Below, piece after piece: positions 54,955 through 64,000 of a stretch of 64,000 nt of DNA. A program made the position numbers and the translations under genes. The stretch covers positions 544,001 to 608,000 of the forward strand of contig CAWHFW010000005.1 in the NCBI GenBank assembly GCA_963828735.1, given 5' to 3'. Source of the stretch: an uncultured Gemmatimonadales bacterium. Its GTDB lineage: Bacteria; Gemmatimonadota; Gemmatimonadetes; Gemmatimonadales; GWC2-71-9. Position 1 is the first letter of the stretch. Every line of letters starts with the position of its first letter. Under the pieces are notes generated by a model that saw only the letters and a program-made list of their open reading frames with translations, did not search any database and had not been told where the DNA came from.

Positions 54955-55190
54955 TCCCACAACCCGGCTCCGCCCAGCACATGGCCAAGATAGTGGCGTC
55001 ATCCGGCTGCTGGTAGCGCTTCGTCAGTGTCTGCGTGCCCTTACCAGCCGCCAGGGGCGGCCACGCCGGCGAGCGGAAGGAGCTTCCGGGCCGTGGCCCC
55101 CTGCGCCGATATGGATGCCAGATCCCCCGCTCCAGCTTCGCCAGCCCGGCGAGCTTCTCGGCGCGACGAAGCCACTCGGAGGCGAGCCCG
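54955..55190 (-). pseudogene. Decayed tyrosine integrase C-terminal remnant
   Basis: WLRRAEKLAGL..LERGIWHPYRR...GGW*...RYQQPD parallels the tail of the island integrase. Confidence 0.7.
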
Positions 55191-56090
55191 TCACCCGCCC
55201 TGCCATCCCTCTTCCGCGTCCGCCGCGTTCCTGTCGGCGCGGCGGCTGGTGAGGGTCGATCCGGCACTGGCGGCGATCACCAGCGCGATCGCGAGCCACT
55301 GCGGTGGCGTGAGCACCTCGTGGAGGAAGATCAGGCCGGCGAAGGCGGCGAGAGCCGGCTCCACGCTCATCAGGATGCCGAAGGTCCGGGCGGGGATCGC
55401 CTTCAGCGCAATCATTTCCAGCGTGTAGGGGATTGCGCTGGAAAGGAGCGCCACACCGATTCCGGCGCCGAAGCGGCCCGCGGTGAGGTGCGTGAACCCG
55501 CCCATGGCCGCCGCGATGGGCACGGCGGTGATGGCGGCCACCATCATCCCCGCCGCCACCGCGGCGCCGCCGGGAAGCATGCGCGACACGCGCCCGCCCA
55601 GCAGGATGTACGCGGCCCAGCAGGCGCCCGCCGCCCCCGCCAGCAGCACACCCACCGGGTCGACGTCGCGCGAGCCGCTCCACGGGGTGATCAGCGCGAT
55701 TCCCGCGGCGGCCAACACTACCCACAGCAGATCGACCGCCTTGCGCGAGCCGAACACGGCCACGGCCAGCGGGCCGCTGAACTCTACCGTCACCGCCAGC
55801 CCCAGCGGAATGCGCGAGAGCGAGAAGTAGAAGAGCATGTTCATCACCCCCAGCACCACGCCGTAGGGGATGATGGCGCGCCACTGCGCCGCGTTCAGGC
55901 GGTTCAGCCGCGGCCGGAACGCCGCCAGCAGCATCAGCGCCGAGACGCCGATGCGCAGCCCCACCGTGCCCATGGGGCCGAGAGCGGGGAACAGGCCCTT
56001 GGCCAGCGCCGCGCCGCCCTGGACGCTGATCATGCCTATGACAACGGCCGGGAGCGGTGGGATGGCGGGCTTCATACGAGTCGGTTTCAT
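55191..56090 (-). CDS. EamA family transporter (RhtA-like)
   Basis: SVQGGAALAK, IPLGLAVTVEFSGPL, LLSSAIPYTLEM, FGILMSVEPA. Confidence 0.92.
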   Translation of the reverse strand: MKPTRMKPAIPPLPAVVIGMISVQGGAALAKGLFPALGPMGTVGLRIGVSALMLLAAFRPRLNRLNAAQWRAIIPYGVVLGVMNMLFYFSLSRIPLGLAVTVEFSGPLAVAVFGSRKAVDLLWVVLAAAGIALITPWSGSRDVDPVGVLLAGAAGACWAAYILLGGRVSRMLPGGAAVAAGMMVAAITAVPIAAAMGGFTHLTAGRFGAGIGVALLSSAIPYTLEMIALKAIPARTFGILMSVEPALAAFAGLIFLHEVLTPPQWLAIALVIAASAGSTLTSRRADRNAADAEEGWQGG

Positions 56091-56340
56091 CCCGCTGGGG
56101 ATACCTCCCCGCGTGCGCGTGGGCAAGGGGACGCCGGGGTCTCCCATGACGTGTGCAGGATCGGATGCAGAAACGATGCGAAACCTGGACTCAGGGTTCG
56201 CACCGTTGGCGTGTAGTCGCTGACGTCATCGCAGCTTCAGCGAAGCACGGAGACCTTCGGGCCTGCGCTACAGGCCCTTGCGGGGACGGGAGGATAGCAG
56301 GTGCCCCGGCCGGCGCCAGCTCGTGGCCGCCGCCTGGCTC

Positions 56341-56577
56341 TCAGCGCTCCTCTTCCTCCTCCTCGAACTCCTCGAACTCCTCGAGATCGTCGTCGTCGAG
56401 GTCCTCGTCATCGTCGAGGTCATCCTCGTCGTCCAGGACGTCATCCTCCTCGTCCTCGTCGTCGTCGTCGAAGGTGAACCCGTCGTCTTCGAACTCGTCG
56501 TCGTCTTCGTCGAACTTGCGACGCAGCTCCAGGGCCTCCATCGACGTCTCCCAGGCCAACATGATGTCCTCCGCCAT
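56341..56577 (-). CDS. Small highly acidic protein
   Basis: 78-aa Asp/Glu-rich ORF 24 nt downstream of typA. Confidence 0.55.
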   Translation of the reverse strand: MAEDIMLAWETSMEALELRRKFDEDDDEFEDDGFTFDDDDEDEEDDVLDDEDDLDDDEDLDDDDLEEFEEFEEEEEER

Positions 56578-56601
56578 CAGAGAGAGTGTAGTGCCGGGGT
56601 C

Positions 56602-58446
<1,845 letters not shown>

Positions 58447-58620
58447 AGCGGCACTTCCCTCGGTCTGAACGGACGAGGCCCGGACGCCCGGGCCTCCGCG
58501 GCGCATATATAGACTAGGCCGGGCAACCCCGCAAGAAGGCCGGAGAGGCCGGGAAACGTCCGAGAGGGCGGAAGGGGGATGGCCCCTCCGCCCTCTCCGA
58601 CGTTCGCGCCTGCCCGATGA

Positions 58621-59574
58621 TCAGTGAAAGTGACCCGCGTGTCCGCGCCCGCCGTTGGCCGCGGGAGCGGTTGCCCGCACTCCCTCGCACTCGTCCGCCA
58701 CCTCCAGCTGCATCGTGACGTGGCCGATACCGAGAGCCGCCATCTCGGCACGGATGCCCTCCAACACGCCTGGATGGGACTCCAGGTCGGGCACCACCGC
58801 GTGTCCGCTCATGGCAACGACCCCGTTCACTACCGTCCACACGTGGAGGTCGTGGACCGCCGCGACGCCGGGCACTTCGAGGATCCGCCGCTGGACCTCG
58901 GCCATGGCCACGTGACGCGGAACCGCGTCGAGCAGGATGTCGGTGCTCTCTCGGAGCAGCCGCCAGGCGCCCGCCAGAATCAGGACCGAGAGGGCGACCG
59001 ACACGATCGGGTCGGCCAGCGTCCAGCCGGTGAACCAGATGATCGCCGCGGCGGCCAGCGCGCCGACCGAGCCGAGCGCGTCACCCATCACGTGGAGATA
59101 CGCGCCACGGGCGTTGAGGCTCCCGTCGCGCGAGCCGTGGAGCAGTCCGAGGCTGATCAGGTTGACCACCAGGCCGGCCGCGGCAACCGTCAGGAAGAGG
59201 CCGGTCCGGATGGGTGCGGGGTGCTGGATGCGCTGGATGGCCTCGAGCACGACCCACCCGGCGATGCCGAACAACGCCGCCCCATTCACGAGCGCGGCCA
59301 GGATCTCCCACCGGAGATACCCGTACGTCTTGTTGGCGTCGGCGGGGCGCTGCGCGATCCACGCGGTGAGCAGGCTGAGTCCGAGCGCGCCCACGTCGGT
59401 CAGCATGTGTCCCGCATCGGCGAGCAGCGCGAGCGAGCCGCTCAGCCATCCGCCCACCGCCTCGAGCACCATGAACGTGCCCGTGAGGCCGAGCACCGCC
59501 CAGAGGCGGGGAAGCGGGGTCGCGGGGCCCCGGGCCAGGTGGACGCATTCGGTGCGGGAGGCGACGGAAGCCAT
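58621..59574 (-). CDS. Cation diffusion facilitator (CzcD/ZitB-like)
   Basis: SLALLADAGHMLTD, AYLHVMGD, VHDLHVW, HVTMQLE. Confidence 0.95.
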   Translation of the reverse strand: MASVASRTECVHLARGPATPLPRLWAVLGLTGTFMVLEAVGGWLSGSLALLADAGHMLTDVGALGLSLLTAWIAQRPADANKTYGYLRWEILAALVNGAALFGIAGWVVLEAIQRIQHPAPIRTGLFLTVAAAGLVVNLISLGLLHGSRDGSLNARGAYLHVMGDALGSVGALAAAAIIWFTGWTLADPIVSVALSVLILAGAWRLLRESTDILLDAVPRHVAMAEVQRRILEVPGVAAVHDLHVWTVVNGVVAMSGHAVVPDLESHPGVLEGIRAEMAALGIGHVTMQLEVADECEGVRATAPAANGGRGHAGHFH

Positions 59575-59615
59575 GGCTGGAATCTAGGCCTTGCCCGAAC
59601 GGACGTCACGCTCGA

Positions 59616-60935
59616 TCAGGGTGACTCCACGACCCGTCCCGCCCCCGAGTCGCGGCGACCCGCCTCCCGCCGGATGCGCACCGCCTCCGCGTGCCCGTAC
59701 AGGCCCTCGGCCTCGGCGAGCGCGATGATCGCCTCGGCGTCATCGGCCAGGCGAGCCCGGGTGTACCGGATGACGCTCGTGCGCTTCACGAAGTCGTACA
59801 CGCCGAGGGGCGAACTGTACCGCGCGGTGCCCGCGGTCGGGAGGACATGGCTCGGGCCGGCCAGGTAGTCGCCGACCGGCTCGGGGGTGTCGTCGCCCAG
59901 GAAAATCGCTCCCGCGTGGCGGATCGCCCCGGCTACCCGATCGGCACCCTCGGTGACGATCTGGAGATGCTCGGGTGCCCGGCGGTTGGCGACCTCGATC
60001 GCTTCGCGGATGGACGGCACCAGCACGAGCAGGCCGTTCCGCTCGAGCGCCGTTCGCGCGATCGCGGCCCGGGGTGCTCGGGCCAGGGCCTCCTGCAGCG
60101 CGGCCGGCAGGGCCTCGGCCAGGGCCGGATCGGTCGTCACGCACCAACTCACGGCATCCTCGTCGTGCTCCGCCTGGGCGATGAGGTCCGCGGCCACGCG
60201 GGTGGGACGGGCGGTGTGGTCGGCCAGGACGAGCACCTCGGTGGGACCGGCGATCATGTCGATGCCGACCTGCCCCACGACCTGGCGCTTGGCCTCCGCG
60301 ACCCAGCGGTTGCCGGGCCCGACGATCTTGTCCACCCGCGGCACGGTGGCCGTTCCGTACGCCAGCGCGGCGACGGCGTGGGCGCCGCCGATCCGGAAGA
60401 TGCGGGTCACCCCTGAGAGCGCGCACGCGGCCAGTACGACGTCGGTGACACCGCCCGGGGGCATCACGACCACGATCTCCTGCACCCCGGCGACCAGCGC
60501 GGGCACCGCGTTCATGATGACGGAGGATGGATACGAGGCCTTGCCGCCCGGGACATACAGGCCCACCCGGTCGAGCGGGGTGACCTTCATCCCAATCACG
60601 CTCCCGTCGGCCTCGCTGAGATGGAAGCCGGGTTCGCGCTGGTGCTCGTGGTAGGCGCGGACCCGGTCCACGGCCCGAACCAGCGCTGCCCGGAGTGCCG
60701 GATCGATCCGTGCCAAGGCCCCCTGCCAGGTGCCGGCGTCGAGCGCCCAGTCGGCGGGCGCCAAGTCCACGCCATCGTACCGTCGGGCGTACTCCCGGAT
60801 GGCCTCATCGCCCCGGGCGAGCACATCGTCCAGGATGGCGCGCACGCTGTCCCGGGTGGCCGGATCGCTGCCGGCACGGCGGGGAAGGAAGGGCTCGAGC
60901 GCCTCGAACGGCGGCACGGCCAGCACGCGAATCAT
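59616..60935 (-). CDS. hisD: Histidinol dehydrogenase
   Basis: [54 protein letters not shown]. Confidence 0.97.
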   Translation of the reverse strand: MIRVLAVPPFEALEPFLPRRAGSDPATRDSVRAILDDVLARGDEAIREYARRYDGVDLAPADWALDAGTWQGALARIDPALRAALVRAVDRVRAYHEHQREPGFHLSEADGSVIGMKVTPLDRVGLYVPGGKASYPSSVIMNAVPALVAGVQEIVVVMPPGGVTDVVLAACALSGVTRIFRIGGAHAVAALAYGTATVPRVDKIVGPGNRWVAEAKRQVVGQVGIDMIAGPTEVLVLADHTARPTRVAADLIAQAEHDEDAVSWCVTTDPALAEALPAALQEALARAPRAAIARTALERNGLLVLVPSIREAIEVANRRAPEHLQIVTEGADRVAGAIRHAGAIFLGDDTPEPVGDYLAGPSHVLPTAGTARYSSPLGVYDFVKRTSVIRYTRARLADDAEAIIALAEAEGLYGHAEAVRIRREAGRRDSGAGRVVESP

Positions 60936-60981
60936 CCGGAGCCCTCGCGGTAAAGCGTTTGAGGCACTACGCTTGTACCAT

Positions 60982-62329
60982 ATGGAACCGCCCGCAACAC
61001 CCTCGATCGGCCTCGGTCTCGCCGCGGTCGTCGTCTTAGTGCTCGCCAACGCCTTCTTCGTGGCGGCGGAGTTCGCGTTGGTAGGCGCGCGGCGGACCCG
61101 CCTGGACGAGCTGGCCGGAGCGGGGGATGGCAAAGCTAGGCTCGCGCGGCGTGCGGTACAATCGCTCGACCGCTACATCTCGGCGACGCAGCTCGGCATC
61201 ACACTCGCCTCGCTGGGACTGGGCTGGATCGGCGAGCCGGCGCTGGCCGGACTCATCAGGGGCGGATTCGCCTGGCTCCCGAAATCGCTGGAGGCCATCG
61301 CGACCCATGGGGTCGCGTCCGCCATCGCCTTCATCGTCATCACCATCCTGCACATCATCCTGGGTGAGCTGGTGCCGAAGGCGGTGGCGTTGATCTACCC
61401 TGAAGAGGTGAGTCGGTGGGTGTCGGCTCCCCTCATCGGGTTCGGCTGGCTCATGGCGTGGCCGATCACCCTGCTCAACGGCACCGCCAACCGGCTTCTC
61501 CGCCTGATGAGAATCGCGCCGCCGGGCGAGCACGAGCGACTGCACTCGCCGGAGGAGATTCGCATGCTGGTCGAGCAGAGCACCGAGGGAGGAAGCCTGC
61601 TCAAGGAGGACGCCAGGCTGCTCGAAGGCGTCTTCGAGTTCAGCGAGAAGACCGCCCAGGAGGTCATGACGCCGCGGACCCAGATGATCGCCCTCGATGC
61701 CGGGCTCGGCGTCCAGGAGGCGGCCGACGAGGTGGCCCAGGCCCGGCGCTCACGCTATCCGGTGTACACCGAGTCGCTGGACGAGATCGCCGGGGTGGTG
61801 CACGCCAAGGACATCCTGACCGCCCTCCGCGCCCGTCCCGAACGATACGATCCAGGACATCATGCGCCCGCCGCTCTTCGTGCCGGGGACCCGCGAGGTC
61901 GAGGATGTGCTGGCCGACATGAAGCGGCTCAAGACCCACCTGGCGGTGGTGCTCGACGAGTACGGCGGCACGGCTGGGCTGGTCACGATGGAGGATTTGC
62001 TCGAGGAGATCGTGGGGCCGATCTTCGACGAGTACGACCCCCAGGATCGCGCGGCGGCCGGCGACGGCACCGCACGGCTCGACGGGGCCATGCCGATCAC
62101 CGAGTTCAACACGAAGTACGACGCGGCGCTGGACGACACCGACTACACGACCCTCGGCGGCTACGTCTTCGGCCAGCTCGGGCGGCTGCCCCGCCCCGGC
62201 GACCGGGTGACCGTCACGCCTCACACGTTCGAGGTCGTCGAGATGGACGGCCGTCGCGTCAAGGGCCTCCGGCTCCACACGGCGGCGCCGGTGGAAGTCG
62301 AACACGGAGACAGGAAGTCCGATGCCTAG
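60982..62329 (+). CDS. Hemolysin/CNNM family protein (DUF21-CBS-CorC), frameshift near 61840
   Basis: NAFFVAAEFALV, QLGITLASLGLGW, GELVPK, VMTPR, VLDEYGGTAGLVTMED, TLGGY. Confidence 0.92.
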
Positions 62330-64000
62330 TGCCTGGGAATCCGTACCGCGCGCGGAGCGAAAGACCGCCGCCTTCTTCGAGGTCAGCCGGCGGCTGAGCG
62401 CCGCCCGCACCGCCGAGGAAGCGGCCCGGATCATCGTGGCGGTCGCCCAGGAGCTGCTCGGGTGGGACGCGTGCACCCTCGACCTCTATTTCGCCGAATC
62501 CCATCGGGTCCAGGACGTGCTCACGATGGACTCGTTCGACGGCCCGCCCGTGGACGTGCCATCCGCGAATACCTCCACCCTTCCGACCCCGATGTTCGCC
62601 CGGGTGCTCCGCGAGGGCCCGCTCCTGATCCTCCGGCCCGAGTCCAGCCAGGAGTCCCCGGAACTGATAGCCTTCGGCAACACCACCCGCCGGTCGCGGT
62701 CCCTCATGTTCGTGCCGCTGCATCACGCCGACCGCATCACCGGCATCCTCTCGATCCAGAGCTACACGCCGGAGGCCTACGACCAGAACGACCTGGCCAT
62801 GCTGCAGGAGCTCGCGGACCATTGCGGGGGCGCGATCGAACGCCTCCGGATCGAGAACGAGCTTCGCGAGAGCCGGGCGCAGCTCGCGCGCACGGAGGCG
62901 TTCGCGCTCGTGATGACGGCGCATCTCGGGATGGACGGCCGCTGGATGAAGGTCCCCCCGACGCTCAGCCGCCTGCTCGGGCTCGAGGAGCCGCAGCTCA
63001 TCGGAACGCCGATCTCGGCCGTGCTGCACCCCGACGACATCGCCGGCGAGCTCGCCGAGCGGGAGCGGCTCCTCCGGGGTGAGACCCGCACACTGGACCT
63101 GGAGATGCGCTGGCGTCAGCCCGGCGGCCGACCGCTGTGGATGTACATGAACGCGTCGGTCGTGCAGGACGCCGATGGCCAGGCGCAGTATCTGCTGGTG
63201 TACCTGCGCGACATTACGGAGCGAAAGAGCCTGGAGGACCAGCTCCGACTCGCCCAGAAGATGGAGGCGGTCGGCCAGCTCGCGGGCGGAATCGCCCACG
63301 ACTTCAACAACCTGCTCACCGCCATCCTCGGCAGCACCGAGCTGTTGCTCGCGAACACCGCCCCGATCGACCCGCGCCGTGACGACGTCCAGGAGATCGG
63401 CCGCGCGGCCCACCGGGCGTCGGCGCTCGTCCGTCAGCTCCTCGCGTTCAGCCGCAAGCAGGTCATGCAGCCGCGACAGGTCAACCTCAACACGATCGTG
63501 CGCGACATGGGCGGCATGCTGCGGCGGCTCGTGGGCGAGCGGATCCTGCTCCGGCTCGATCTCGATCCCGCGCTCGGCGACGTGACCGCGGATCCCGGCC
63601 AGCTCGAGCAGGTGATCGCGAACCTGGGCGTCAACGCCAGGGACGCCATGCCGGAGGGCGGCGCGCTCACGATCGCGACCGTCAACGTGAGCAGGATCGG
63701 CGTCCCCGGCGTTGGCGACGACGGTCTGCCGCCGGGCGGCCCGCTCGTGGTGCTCACAGTGAAGGACACCGGCACCGGCATGGACGAGCACGTGCTGGCC
63801 CACCTGTTCGAGCCCTTCTTCACCACCAAGGAGCTCGGTCGCGGCACCGGGCTCGGGCTTGCGACGGTCTACGGCATCGTGCGGCAGACCGGCGGGCACA
63901 TCCAGGTGACCTCCCGACCGGGGGAGGGAAGCACGTTCACGGTATACCTGCCCCGGGTCGAAGCCCCGGGACGCGCCGGCGCCGCGCTGGCCGGGCTGCC
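62322..64000 (+). CDS. GAF/PAS sensor histidine kinase (3' partial)
   Basis: Open frame from ATG 62322 (MPSAWESVPR) to the window end; GILSIQSY, GQLAGGIAHDFNNLL, NARDAM, FFTTK..GTGLGL. Confidence 0.9.
   Translation, partial: MPSAWESVPRAERKTAAFFEVSRRLSAARTAEEAARIIVAVAQELLGWDACTLDLYFAESHRVQDVLTMDSFDGPPVDVPSANTSTLPTPMFARVLREGPLLILRPESSQESPELIAFGNTTRRSRSLMFVPLHHADRITGILSIQSYTPEAYDQNDLAMLQELADHCGGAIERLRIENELRESRAQLARTEAFALVMTAHLGMDGRWMKVPPTLSRLLGLEEPQLIGTPISAVLHPDDIAGELAERERLLRGETRTLDLEMRWRQPGGRPLWMYMNASVVQDADGQAQYLLVYLRDITERKSLEDQLRLAQKMEAVGQLAGGIAHDFNNLLTAILGSTELLLANTAPIDPRRDDVQEIGRAAHRASALVRQLLAFSRKQVMQPRQVNLNTIVRDMGGMLRRLVGERILLRLDLDPALGDVTADPGQLEQVIANLGVNARDAMPEGGALTIATVNVSRIGVPGVGDDGLPPGGPLVVLTVKDTGTGMDEHVLAHLFEPFFTTKELGRGTGLGLATVYGIVRQTGGHIQVTSRPGEGSTFTVYLPRVEAPGRAGAALAGL

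Noticed and set aside
59616..60935. hisD outside a his operon
   Set aside because: Dispersed his genes are common; nothing else is unusual

Overview
High-GC bacterial DNA whose gene repertoire is suggestive of Gemmatimonadota (inference). Scattered apparent indels, even in ordinary genes, look like long-read errors. The right end is core chromosome: tRNA-Ile(GAT), EamA exporter, typA, CDF transporter, hisD, hemolysin/CNNM gene and a hybrid kinase. The left end carries a TonB-dependent receptor, signalling genes and secreted repeat proteins. The centre is a ~37.4 kb genomic island integrated at the 3' end of tRNA-Ile, bounded by an exact 45-bp direct repeat (17344-17388 / 54784-54828). A third, degenerate att copy (19230) and two further integrase remnants indicate repeated integration at this site. 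The island has three parts. (i) A divergent locus: two giant uncharacterised genes (~1450 and ~1540 aa) face away from a co-oriented run of apparently leaderless hydrolase/lectin genes (M66-like metallopeptidase, permuted NlpC/P60-DUF3892, 7-blade lectin propeller-GH1, jacalin). This is the best candidate for an undescribed system. (ii) An integron-type cassette with a clear attC, followed by defence-like genes (AbiV-like, UDG-like, truncated GHKL ATPase and HNH nuclease). (iii) A satellite-like mobility remnant (resolvase, primase-helicase fragment, xis-like HTH, integrase).
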